Made by a program: the position numbers and the translations under genes. The notes under the pieces were generated by a model that saw only the letters and a list, made by a program, of their open reading frames with translations, was not told the DNA's origin and did not search any database. Shown here one piece after another: positions 11,501 to 20,136 of a stretch of 57,285 nt of DNA; the stretch's first letter is position 1, and each line of letters starts with the position of its first letter. The stretch is from Planctomycetota bacterium (GTDB taxonomy: Bacteria > Planctomycetota > SZUA-567 > H5-PLA8), in NCBI GenBank assembly GCA_038227875.1, contig JBBRPR010000055.1, positions 1 through 57,285 of the forward strand, given 5' to 3'.

Positions 11501-12074
11501 CAAGACCCGCGACGCGATTCGCGCGCTGGTCTCGCTGCTCGACGACGACGACGGGGAAGTCCGCGCCGCCGCCGCCGAAGCGCTGGGCCGCATCGGCGAC
11601 AAGGACGCCTGCCGCGCCGTGATCCGCGCCGCGTCGCGCGAGGACCGGCCGGACATCCGCTGGCTCAATGCCATGGCCATCGCCGGCGGCGATATTTTCT
11701 TCCAGCAGTTCCTGAAGCTCTGCAACTCCAACATTTTCTCCGAACAGCAGGCCGGTCTCGATGCCATGGGCGTGCTCGACCGTCCCGAAGCGCTGGAGCT
11801 GCTCCTGAAAATCTTCCGCGACGACGAATCGGCGATGCAGACGCAAGCCTTCGATGCCCTGTCGCGCCGAGGTACCTCGACGGTCGAAGCGTTGCGCGAG
11901 GATCTGAAATCCCCCGACAAAAACATCCGCGCCCGCGCCCTTCATCTGCTAGCCCACACCGACACGCGCACTGCTCGCGACCTTCTCATCCGTTCCAGCA
12001 ACACCGACGAGGAAGCGGCACTGAAAACGCTGGCCGAGTTTGGCCTCGAACGTTTGCGCGCGATGCAGAAGTGA
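8580..12074 (+). CDS. Exported HEAT/PBS-lyase repeat protein
   Basis: ATGA overlap with upstream stop; hydrophobic signal-like stretch IACVFAALICIASSALA; HEAT repeats such as VRYYCAEALG, VRAAAAEALGRIG, IRARALHLLA. Confidence 0.85.
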   Translation: MKAFCSPGVPPGQRRTVPLLQESRGRAKHVAIFKTTGRDARTTIACVFAALICIASSALAANPEPPPDPGFVNSVYASDVIVDCDILAGGPFRAAALVRKVLKGDAPKIIEIEGINSYNWDTVHRGLASGSRFILFLSRTDRADVFATLTPSAPRLSIQADAALLELGDPPFRIPIKSSTMQDAIVLMLKHDPSKAVAGTPETDDVPAFIHALWDETEIESHYLAVALIGALREKRLQQILVDASKDKLLKLQLTAIESLGDVASTEAINTLSVLLKDTKPTISREAARVLVSVKHAETLPDLLEWARRAVAPAHGTTAPKPNKASDATKLKTEAIAHEILRFAAETGPLLDPEAIARPLFDLARCGNDALAREALAAIVEIARPAQIVTLLELAEDRTYDLHSDALSALRKLALKSFPDEAGYRRWWSDVGAGYNDELLRDVVDAAAAGMTAAKDNTEPKDSYDDRRALRDVLRNAPPDMALIAAAPLCFNPDTETEFGADDLAAIPSPLAVPLLIERLGRNSLSERRGAIDGLTKLCFRHPRLRATLWPLLRAELAEEDSTARRGAQAAVGVLAETDGIPALLDSIQIQYSYPRYEAFDAYHAIYNCSARTLGFATIEPMPDEIAAQKRLWGWWESTKKQFAAASYNGVRLPDIAWADTDAAGREAKLEAMALGPVARPSSAAFAMLFAERTATDPLWGRILAKNSARDRAHGLLGLFGGNSAAAAELYRRFPEGSDADAVLCRAISMVGLATLKGPAGAGYAPGTVKLVEWLKGPGAKASIHWKRLGILSLGLADGDAVSLAYLNSVLDLALAVKAPDNKGLFDEKPVEEYQLLKPVLIALAARADGVDGLIKALNESKVIDVRVNAARALSLRRATKAIPDILKSTSSADRGNWTEFARIIAPMLRPSDAPRVCDLLSSDITGARCTAAFMLAARPEIGTDANTIKVLLESLADHSSVVRYYCAEALGKRKTRDAIRALVSLLDDDDGEVRAAAAEALGRIGDKDACRAVIRAASREDRPDIRWLNAMAIAGGDIFFQQFLKLCNSNIFSEQQAGLDAMGVLDRPEALELLLKIFRDDESAMQTQAFDALSRRGTSTVEALREDLKSPDKNIRARALHLLAHTDTRTARDLLIRSSNTDEEAALKTLAEFGLERLRAMQK
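8591..8709. repeat. GTAG-type REP doublet inside the 5' coding region of the HEAT gene
   Basis: TTGTAGTCCGGGCGTCCCGCCCGGTC and its exact reverse complement GACCGGGCGGGACGCCCGGACTACAA; same family at 45161-45335. Confidence 0.88.
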
Positions 12075-12139
12075 CGGACGGAGAGGACTGAGGACTCGCC
12101 TCACTGCCTTACGGATGTTCGTTGCGCATTGAATACGAA

Positions 12140-12320
12140 GGGTGGCCCGGCCCCTCGGGCCGGGTTGCGTTAGCAACAAGAAGCTCCAGGACAGACACAC
12201 CCCTGCCGAAAATTCATCGGACTTCGAAGCACGCCGGACAATTGTTGCCTCGCCACGAATTCAACGATTGTCCTGGAGCTTCTTGTCGCAAGCGACCCGG
12301 CCCGAGGGGCCGGGCCACCC
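12140..12320. repeat. REPIN/MITE-like element with ~54-bp imperfect inverted arms
   Basis: GGGTGGCCCGGCCCCTCGGGCCGGG...AAGAAGCTCCAGGACA vs TGTCCTGGAGCTTCTT...CCCGGCCCGAGGGGCCGGGCCACCC. Confidence 0.82.
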
Positions 12321-12326
12321 GTCGTC

Positions 12327-12358
12327 AAAAAAACTCGCCGCTATGCGGCGAGTTTTTT
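12327..12358. terminator. Bidirectional intrinsic terminator between convergent HEAT and moxR genes
   Basis: AAAAAACTCGCCGC-TAT-GCGGCGAGTTTTTT. Confidence 0.85.
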
Positions 12359-12387
12359 CCTCAGTCCTCAGTTCTCGGCCCTCAGTC

Positions 12388-13419
12388 CTATTTCTTTACC
12401 AGGCCGAGCAAGCGCTTGACGATCTCGTCGGGCGTGATGCCTTCGCTTTCCGCGTGGAAGTTGGTGACGATGCGGTGGCGCAGCACCAGTTGCGCGACGG
12501 ATTCGACGTCGGCCGTCGAAACCGCGAAGTTTCCGCGCACGGCGGCGCGGGCTTTAGCTGCGAGGATCAGGTACTGGCTGGCGCGCGGGCCGGCACCCCA
12601 GCGCACCCACGTTTTCACGAAGTCCGGCGCATCGGCACTCTTGGGGCGCGACGCGCTCACTAGGTCCACGGCGTACTTGATCACCGCTTCGCTGACGGGA
12701 ATCTTGCGGACCACATTCTGAATCTCGAGGACCTGCGCGGCGTTCAGCACCGGCTTGAGCTGAATGTCGCGGATGGCCGTCGTGGCGCGGACGATGTCGA
12801 TCTCTTCCTGCTTGGTCGGGTAATCGATGCGAATTTCGAACATGAAGCGGTCGAGCTGCGCTTCGGGGAGCGGGTAGGTGCCTTCCTGTTCGATCGGATT
12901 CTGCGTCGCGAGCACGAAGAACGGCTCGGGCAGCGGGTAGGTCGTGCCGCCAGCGGTGACGCGGTGTTCTTCCATCGCTTCCAGCAGCGCGGCTTGGGTC
13001 TTCGGCGGCGTGCGGTTGATTTCGTCGGCCAGGACCAGGTTGGCAAAAATCGGCCCCTTGATGAAGCGGAACGACCGCACGCGCGTCTGCTGATCTTCTT
13101 CAATCACGTCGGTGCCGACGATGTCGCTGGGCATCAAGTCCGGCGTGAACTGCACGCGGTTGAAGCTTAAGTCGAGGATCTGCGAGAGCGTGCGGACCAT
13201 CAGCGTTTTGGCCAGGCCCGGCACGCCAACCATCAGCGCATGACCGCGGCAGAAGAGCGCCATCAGAATCTGGTCGACGATCTCCTTTTGGCCGACGACG
13301 ACTTTGGCCATTTCAGTCTGCAGGGCATCGCGGCCGCTGCGCAAGGTATCGACGATGGCGAGGTCGCCGGTCGCGGGCGGCGTGGAAGCGGATTTTTGGG
13401 GCGATTCGTTGAATGCCAT
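12388..13419 (-). CDS. moxR: MoxR-family AAA+ ATPase
   Basis: GVPGLAKT Walker A, RVQFTPDLMPSDI, LADEINRTPPKTQAALLE, ATQNPIEQEGTYPLPEAQLDRF. Confidence 0.96.
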   Translation of the reverse strand: MAFNESPQKSASTPPATGDLAIVDTLRSGRDALQTEMAKVVVGQKEIVDQILMALFCRGHALMVGVPGLAKTLMVRTLSQILDLSFNRVQFTPDLMPSDIVGTDVIEEDQQTRVRSFRFIKGPIFANLVLADEINRTPPKTQAALLEAMEEHRVTAGGTTYPLPEPFFVLATQNPIEQEGTYPLPEAQLDRFMFEIRIDYPTKQEEIDIVRATTAIRDIQLKPVLNAAQVLEIQNVVRKIPVSEAVIKYAVDLVSASRPKSADAPDFVKTWVRWGAGPRASQYLILAAKARAAVRGNFAVSTADVESVAQLVLRHRIVTNFHAESEGITPDEIVKRLLGLVKK

Positions 13420-13551
13420 TTAGGTCTCCGGCGAGCGGGTGGACGCACGACGGTTATACCGTTGACGCCACGCCACGGTCAAATCGCGAATGGCACCGGA
13501 TTTTATTCTCGCGCAAAGACGCAAAGCCGCAAAGAACTGCATGTTTGGAAA

Positions 13552-14895
13552 TCAGGGAAGTTCAGTCGGGATCTCGCGGACCGACCGCAGCGATGAACTC
13601 GAATCGACGCCGGGGTGTTCGTGTTTCAGAACGCCGATGCGCTGCGAGAGGTAAATTCCGGTATGGCCGCTGAACAGGTACGCGATGAAGCAGGCCGTCG
13701 CGATGTAGATGCCGTATTCGTGGCCGAAGAGTTCGATGCCCATGATCGTGCAGGCCAGCGGCGTGTTCGTCGCGCCGGCGAAGACCGCGACGAAACCCAG
13801 CGCCGCGAACATCTCCGGCGGTGCGCCCAGTGCGCGGCTCAGCGCGTTGCCCAGCGCCGCGCCGATGAAAAACAGCGGTGTGACTTCACCGCCCTTGAAT
13901 CCGCTCCCGACCGTCACTGCGGTGAAAAGCGTCTTCCACCACCAGCTCAACGCTGTCGCGCCGCCGACCAGGAAGCACGTCTTGATCGTCACATCTGCCG
14001 CGTCCGGCGAGGTCACGCCCAGACCCAGATAGGAACGCGTGCCAAGCAGAAACGTCAGCGCCAGGACAATTGCGCCGCCAATCACCGGCCGCAGCGGCGG
14101 CCACGCGACGAACTTCTTGTGGAGATGCTGGATGCCGTGCGTCAGTTCCGCGAAAAGCACGCTGCAGAGTCCGAACGCCACGCCGGCGAGAAGTACTTTG
14201 CCGAAGAGCACGCCGTCGAGCGCCAGGTGCTCGTGCGGCAGCGAGCTCTGCAGCAGCGCGCGGTAGTCGGTGTGGACAATCGACCAGCGCGTGCAGACCC
14301 AATCGGCGACGGTACTGGCGATGAGGCACGGGATCAGGCCTTCGTAATTCATCCGCCCGATGGCGAGCACTTCCATCGCGAAGACCGCGCCGGTGATCGG
14401 CGTGCCGAAGACCGCGCCGAATCCCGCGGCGATGCCGGCCATCAGCAGCCGCCGCGTGTTGGCTTCGTCGAGTTTCAGAACGTGGCCGAGCGAACTGGCG
14501 ATGCTGCCGCCCATCTGGACGGCCGTGCCTTCGCGCCCGGCCGAGCCGCCGAACAGATGCGTGACGAGCGTGCCGCCGAGGACGAACGGCGCCATCCGCG
14601 CTGGGACGCCGCCGCCGGGTTGGTGGATCTGTTCGACGACGAGGTTGTTGCCGCCTTCAACGCTCTTGCCGAAGTGGTGGTAGATCAGTCCGACGAATAA
14701 TCCGGCCAGCGGCAGAAAATAAATCAGATTGGGATTATCCCAGCGGAGGAATGTCACGCGGTCCAGCGACCAAAGAAAAAACGCGGTCGCCGACCCGACG
14801 AACACCGCAAGCAACGACGCGATCAGCAGCCATTTCAGGATGTAAATTGCGAGCGCGAAATGATGGCGTGGATTCCAATGAAACGGCGACGGCAT
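13552..14895 (-). CDS. eriC: CLC-F fluoride/proton antiporter (EriC-type)
   Basis: CLC-F signatures GNNLV, GREGT, GEVTP; fluoride riboswitch upstream; AAGGAG RBS before ATG 14895. Confidence 0.92.
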   Translation of the reverse strand: MPSPFHWNPRHHFALAIYILKWLLIASLLAVFVGSATAFFLWSLDRVTFLRWDNPNLIYFLPLAGLFVGLIYHHFGKSVEGGNNLVVEQIHQPGGGVPARMAPFVLGGTLVTHLFGGSAGREGTAVQMGGSIASSLGHVLKLDEANTRRLLMAGIAAGFGAVFGTPITGAVFAMEVLAIGRMNYEGLIPCLIASTVADWVCTRWSIVHTDYRALLQSSLPHEHLALDGVLFGKVLLAGVAFGLCSVLFAELTHGIQHLHKKFVAWPPLRPVIGGAIVLALTFLLGTRSYLGLGVTSPDAADVTIKTCFLVGGATALSWWWKTLFTAVTVGSGFKGGEVTPLFFIGAALGNALSRALGAPPEMFAALGFVAVFAGATNTPLACTIMGIELFGHEYGIYIATACFIAYLFSGHTGIYLSQRIGVLKHEHPGVDSSSSLRSVREIPTELP

Positions 14896-14943
14896 GAAAT
14901 GCTCCTTCAAAGCAATGCAACCCCGTGCGCGAAGCACGCTGCT

Positions 14944-15006
14944 CTGTAGGAGTTATCAGCTCGGCTTGAAATACAGCCGGCGGTTCAGGCGAACCCCATC
15001 GCCGTC
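14944..15006 (-). ncRNA. Fluoride riboswitch (crcB motif)
   Basis: Minus strand GGCGATGGGGTTCGCC-TG-AACCGCC...GCTGATAACTCCTAC matches the crcB consensus and lies ~50 nt upstream of a CLC-F gene. Confidence 0.93.
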
Positions 15007-15047
15007 ACAGTGTAGACCCGAAACACTAAGGCAAAAGCGCTCCGCTG

Positions 15048-15668
15048 TCAAACCGGGAGCTGATCGAGCCACGCGTTGACGGCCAAGGTCCACGCGGCAT
15101 AACCCTTGCGCGACAGGTGAATCTTATCGGACACGAAGCAATCCTCGTCGGGCTCGCCATTCGGATTTTCCAGCGGCGCGCCGACGGAAATGAAATGCCG
15201 TCTCGCATCCTGCGCGACCAGAATCCTTTCCAGCCGGGTCAGTTCGCGGACCGCCGGCCAGAGCGGACGGCGCGCCGGCTGCAGCGCGTGTTGAATCAGT
15301 CCGACTTGGGCGTTGGGCAATGCGCTGTGAACGCGTTGGAAGAACGCATCGACATCGTTGGCGATGGCTTCCGCCGTCATTCCATGCGCCAGGTCGTTGC
15401 CGCCGGCGTAGAGCACGACGACGCGAGGCCGATATTGCAGCACCAGTAATTCCACATGCTCCACGGAGTCGATCACCCGCGACCCGCCAAAGCCGCGGTT
15501 GATCACCGCATGCCGCGGGAGATCGCGCGCGAGGGAATGCCACAGTCGAATGCTGGAACTTCCCGTAAAGAGAATCCCGCCTTCCGCCGGACGCTGTCTC
15601 TCGTCCGCAGCTTGGAACGCTTCGAATTCGGCCGTCCACGGACCGTACTTGCCGCCAGCAATCGCCAT
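15048..15668 (-). CDS. SGNH/GDSL-family hydrolase
   Basis: FTGSSSI block I, NRGFGGS, YAGGND, DKIH catalytic motif. Confidence 0.9.
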   Translation of the reverse strand: MAIAGGKYGPWTAEFEAFQAADERQRPAEGGILFTGSSSIRLWHSLARDLPRHAVINRGFGGSRVIDSVEHVELLVLQYRPRVVVLYAGGNDLAHGMTAEAIANDVDAFFQRVHSALPNAQVGLIQHALQPARRPLWPAVRELTRLERILVAQDARRHFISVGAPLENPNGEPDEDCFVSDKIHLSRKGYAAWTLAVNAWLDQLPV

Positions 15669-15828
15669 CGATTTTCCTCAAATAAAGTGACGCAATGACT
15701 GTAATTCTCAGTATAGCCGTCGCGACAATTTAGCGCACGAAATCCGTAATGCCGTGCAGGACCCGCGAAACTCAGTGACATCTGGTGTAGTCTAATTGTA
15801 GAGTAAGCAACCGGGACCCACGCAATCC

Positions 15829-18800
15829 ATGCCTACTGGCAAGCCTGACACGCAACCGCACTTCGGAATGCTTACCGCGCTGAGCGGATTGGCGTTGATC
15901 GCCGCTTCTGTTACGCGGCAGTGGCACTTTGGACCACTGCAGCCGGCCGACGTGCTGCTGGGGCTCTCGGCATTTTTCTGGTGTTCCGAAATCCTGCTGA
16001 AGAAAAGCAGTACGCCCAAGCCGCTATTTGCGCCGTTCAGTTGGGTGATCGCGGCGCTGGCCGGAGTGGCCCTGCTCAACGCGCCACAACTCTCCTCCGC
16101 CGCCGTTGAAGTCGGCAAGACGTTTCTCGTGCTCGTCGCCGGGACGCTCTTTTTCGCCAATCTGGCCTACGCTCGCGCGGCTGCGGTGCGGCTGACGATC
16201 GCCGCCGCGACGGTGGCTCTGGTGGTCGACGCCGCCGTTCAGTACCTGATTATAAAGACCGATGCCGTCAGCGTGGCCGGTCTGCTCGATAGCCGCACGC
16301 TCTACGGCGCTTGCGTTGCAGCCGGCGCGCCGTTCTTGATCGCCGAACTTACTGAGCGCAGCGGCGGAAAGAATCGGCTGCGCGGCGGTTTGATTGCCGG
16401 TGTCTTCGTGCTGCTGGCGAGCCTCACGTTGCTGAGCGCCCCAATGCTCGTGCTCTTCGCGATCGCGGCACTGGCGACTGCCGCGTTGACGAAGCAACTG
16501 AAGGGCGTCGCGGTGGCGCTCACGCTGGCGCTGGTCCTGATTGGTGGCCACCTGCTCCCGCGCGATAACGCGGCGGCGCTGGTCGACAGCGTCGCGGCCT
16601 TCGACTCCAACGGCCACGTCCGGCGCATCGCGATCGAAGCCTACGCCGGCGCGCACGCAATCGCCGACCGGCCGCTGCTCGGGCATGGTCCGGGAAATTA
16701 TCAGCACACGGTCAGCTCCGCGCAGTACCGCGGTTCGCTGCCGCCGCCGGCGGAAAATCGTGTCGAGAAGGGAACGAATCCCGGCTACGCCGTCATCGCG
16801 GTCGAATTCGGCATTCCCGCCGCCGCGCTTTTTGCGGCGATGCTGCTCGCCGCCGGCATTCGCGCGTTGCGCAGAACCAACGATGAAGTTCCGCCGGATT
16901 ACGCAGCGGCGGTCTCCGCGTTTGCGCTCGCGGGCGCGTCGGGATTCACGGTGCTGCTGATCAACGGTCCGGGATTTCTGATGGCCGCGGTCCTGGGCCT
17001 TTGCGTCGCGCAGCAGCAGAAAATTCGCGACGCGAGCACACCGGCGCTGAACGCTGCATCGGCGCGCTTCCCACGGCTGCCGCGACGTCTGTTCGGCGAG
17101 TGGGCTGGTGCGGGAATGCGGCTGGCGGGGTTTGTTCTCGCGGTGGCGCTGGGCCTGATGCTGCATGCCACGCTGAAACACAATGGCGCGAGCGAAAGTT
17201 ACGAAGACGTTGCCGCCGCGGATTACTCCGGCAAAGGCCGCGCAGTCGTGGTGCTCGAAGCCGAAGAGGCGGTAGCGTTTTTGCCACCGATGCACAAAGC
17301 CGAACGCCGTGACGCCTCGAGCGGATTCAGCCTGAAGATCGACGAAGGCGCGGGCAAACCGCCGGTCGTCGAAGGATCCGCGGTTTACGGCGTCGACATC
17401 GCCGAACACGGCCGCTACCGGATCTGGGTGCGCGGGTGGTGGAACGATGGCTGCTCGAACTCTGTCGCGGCCAGCTTTGACGGCGGTCCACCTTACTTAA
17501 TGGGCAACGATGGCAACTACTGGCAGTGGCATTGGGTGCGCGGCCCGGCGCTGGATCTGCAACCCGGGCGGCATGAGTTGACGCTCTTTGAACGCGAGGA
17601 TCATCTCGAGATCGACGAGATTGCGCTGAGCAACGACGACGGCTTTACGCCTGCCGGCGCTCTGGAATCGACGACGAAGAAGCTAAATGCGCCAGCAACA
17701 CCGACGAGCCCCGCCACTCCCGCCAGCGTTGTCGCGAACACGGAGCCGGTGAAGCCACCCGTTGTCGCGCCGGCGGAGCCGGTCGTACCGGGCCGTCCTC
17801 AAGCGCCGGAACCCGCGCCCCCGCCACCTACTGTAGACGACCCAACGCTGATCGCGCGGGCACCAACCGTCCCAACTCCCGTCGTTGCTCCGAGCGCTCC
17901 TGTTGTCGCGGCCACCGAGCGTCCGAAGCCCAAGGACGGTCCGCGCGTGGTCGTCGGCGTCGGCGGCGCGTACCGCGATGGCTTCGAGGGACATCTCGTC
18001 TCGATGGGTGTGCCCTACGTCCGCTTGCGCGACGACCAGTTGGGCAAAATCGACGACCTGAAAGACATCGACGTGTTGATGGTCTCCGAAGCGCACTGCG
18101 GCTCCGCGGCCTTCATGCAAACGCTCTACGCGTTCTTGAAATCGGGGCGCACGGCCGTCATCGAATTTCTGCCTGAAGATTTTAATAACGGGGACGACCC
18201 CGACGATCTCTTCTTCCGCTCACAGGGAAAACCGTTCCAGGGTTCGACCTTGCTCACCGACGATTCGCGCTTTTTCAAAGGCGTGGCGTCTGCGGTGAGC
18301 TACCCGCGGGACGTCACCTGCAACTGGATTCCCGCCACGTCAAATGCGCCCGGGGTAACGCTCTTTGGCGGTCAGTCACGCGGCGGCACCCGCAAGACGG
18401 CCAGTGCGCTGATGATTCGCACCGTGGGCACCGGCAAACTTTATTACATGGGAATCGCCGCCGGATTTTCCGCGATGTGGCGCGGCCGCAAGATCGATCC
18501 CTACCTCGTGAATGTGATCCGCGACGCTGTCGGACCGAACTGCGCGTATCCGTATGTCGACCTCGACTTTGCCCCGCGCGTGAACACGATCGTGAATGCG
18601 ACCGACGACTTCATGCGTAATCCGGGCGAAGGCGGGGGCTGGAAGGTTCTCGAAGGAAAATTCGGGCTGACCGGCCCGTCGCAGGATCAGAACACCGCCT
18701 TCAGCGTACACGCCGTCGGCACAAGCTTCGCGGTGATCGGTGCTGAGACGTGGAAGGACTATCGCGTGATGAGCGCCGTGTTGCCGGGCAGCGGCGAAGC

Positions 18801-19956
18801 CGGAATCTGGCAGGCGATCCCCGGCGGCCGCTTGACGCTGCGGTTGCGCAGCGGCAGCGCGGTGGTGCTGACGCGCCGCGCGGACAACGGCGACGAGAAA
18901 GTCCTCGCTGAGGCCACGGTGCCCGACTATCCCGGAGCGTGGCGGCGCCTGGCGCTCTTTAATCGCGATGGCGTCACTCAGGGCTTTGTCGATGGCGAAC
19001 CGGCGCTCGCCGCTAAAGACGCACCTGTACCCAGTGGACGCTGCGGGATTTGCACGATCAACGGTGACGCGCACTTCGACGACTTCGCGGCCATCGATAC
19101 ATCCGCGCTGACGCCCGGCCGCGACGTCGCGCCCAACGAAGAAGGTAGCGAGCGCTGTCTGGTCCGCTACCGCCAGCGCTGCTCGGAGAAACTCTCGATT
19201 TATTCGCCGATGTGGATGATGCGCCCGCTGCCGACCGATCAGAGCGTCATGCAGGCGGGGCTGCCCCTTTATATGGGCGGGCAGTTGTGCATCGACGATC
19301 GCGCGCCGGTCCCCATTGGGGCGGGAGCAGACCTGGCGCTGATGAAGTTCGACGCGTTTCCTCATTTCGATCTGGCGCTGCACACGCCGGGATGGCGCGA
19401 TTACCATTTCGCCGGGCGCGTCACCGATTGGTATACGACCAGCGGCGAGTGGATGCAGATCAACCGCTGGTCCTGCAATCCGGAGTATGAATGGTACGGC
19501 GGCAAATCCACGCAGGACACCGCCGTGCTCTGGCACAAACACGCCGCGACCGGTCCCGTCGCGATTGAAGCGCTGATGGCGCCGCGCGCCGACCGCGTCT
19601 ACCACGAAGAGCAGGGCCGCGACCTCAACGTCGTCATCTACGGCAACGGAAAAAATCTGAACGAAGGCTACCTCTTCACCGTTTTAAGCGAAGGCCACGG
19701 CTGCCAGCTCTCCAAGAACGGAAAGGTGCTCGCCACTGCGCCGGCCATGGGACTGGAAGCTTCCGGACACACGCTCCATCATTCGTGGTTCTCGGTCGCG
19801 GCGGTGGTCTCAGGAAAGAAGATTCAATTCTATTTCGACCGCCGCCTCGCGCTGGAATACGAAGACGCGGAGCCGCTCAGCGAAGGCCGCGTCGGCATCT
19901 GGACGCGTCAGAACAAGATCTCCGTCGGCCGCGCGACGGTTTCGTTCAGCCATTAG
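15829..19956 (+). CDS. O-antigen-ligase-like polytopic membrane protein fused to CBM-like, GATase-like and concanavalin/LamG-like domains
   Basis: ~12 TM helices with R..IEAYAG...DRPLLGHGPGNY; LEAEEA...YRIWVR..W...WHWV beta-sandwich; Pro-rich linker; DDF..W..G.W and YED..PL..GRVGIW lectin-like modules. Confidence 0.7.
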   Translation: MPTGKPDTQPHFGMLTALSGLALIAASVTRQWHFGPLQPADVLLGLSAFFWCSEILLKKSSTPKPLFAPFSWVIAALAGVALLNAPQLSSAAVEVGKTFLVLVAGTLFFANLAYARAAAVRLTIAAATVALVVDAAVQYLIIKTDAVSVAGLLDSRTLYGACVAAGAPFLIAELTERSGGKNRLRGGLIAGVFVLLASLTLLSAPMLVLFAIAALATAALTKQLKGVAVALTLALVLIGGHLLPRDNAAALVDSVAAFDSNGHVRRIAIEAYAGAHAIADRPLLGHGPGNYQHTVSSAQYRGSLPPPAENRVEKGTNPGYAVIAVEFGIPAAALFAAMLLAAGIRALRRTNDEVPPDYAAAVSAFALAGASGFTVLLINGPGFLMAAVLGLCVAQQQKIRDASTPALNAASARFPRLPRRLFGEWAGAGMRLAGFVLAVALGLMLHATLKHNGASESYEDVAAADYSGKGRAVVVLEAEEAVAFLPPMHKAERRDASSGFSLKIDEGAGKPPVVEGSAVYGVDIAEHGRYRIWVRGWWNDGCSNSVAASFDGGPPYLMGNDGNYWQWHWVRGPALDLQPGRHELTLFEREDHLEIDEIALSNDDGFTPAGALESTTKKLNAPATPTSPATPASVVANTEPVKPPVVAPAEPVVPGRPQAPEPAPPPPTVDDPTLIARAPTVPTPVVAPSAPVVAATERPKPKDGPRVVVGVGGAYRDGFEGHLVSMGVPYVRLRDDQLGKIDDLKDIDVLMVSEAHCGSAAFMQTLYAFLKSGRTAVIEFLPEDFNNGDDPDDLFFRSQGKPFQGSTLLTDDSRFFKGVASAVSYPRDVTCNWIPATSNAPGVTLFGGQSRGGTRKTASALMIRTVGTGKLYYMGIAAGFSAMWRGRKIDPYLVNVIRDAVGPNCAYPYVDLDFAPRVNTIVNATDDFMRNPGEGGGWKVLEGKFGLTGPSQDQNTAFSVHAVGTSFAVIGAETWKDYRVMSAVLPGSGEAGIWQAIPGGRLTLRLRSGSAVVLTRRADNGDEKVLAEATVPDYPGAWRRLALFNRDGVTQGFVDGEPALAAKDAPVPSGRCGICTINGDAHFDDFAAIDTSALTPGRDVAPNEEGSERCLVRYRQRCSEKLSIYSPMWMMRPLPTDQSVMQAGLPLYMGGQLCIDDRAPVPIGAGADLALMKFDAFPHFDLALHTPGWRDYHFAGRVTDWYTTSGEWMQINRWSCNPEYEWYGGKSTQDTAVLWHKHAATGPVAIEALMAPRADRVYHEEQGRDLNVVIYGNGKNLNEGYLFTVLSEGHGCQLSKNGKVLATAPAMGLEASGHTLHHSWFSVAAVVSGKKIQFYFDRRLALEYEDAEPLSEGRVGIWTRQNKISVGRATVSFSH

Positions 19957-20136
19957 TCACCCTCGCGCCTTTGGGGAGAGAAACCCAACCACGTCTATCG
20001 ACGTAACCTTGTTGCACATTTGAGACATGGTTAAAACTCAACATAAGGAAAATTTTCCTTATCCGTCATCCATCCCCAATTCAGGGTATAACGTCCGCAG
20101 GCCGTACTCTCCGCTTCCGGATCGGGAACATCTTTC

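Noticed and set aside
17690..17930. Pro/Ala/Thr-rich low-complexity stretch (also ~54380-54620)
   Set aside because: Ordinary interdomain linkers, not DNA repeat elements
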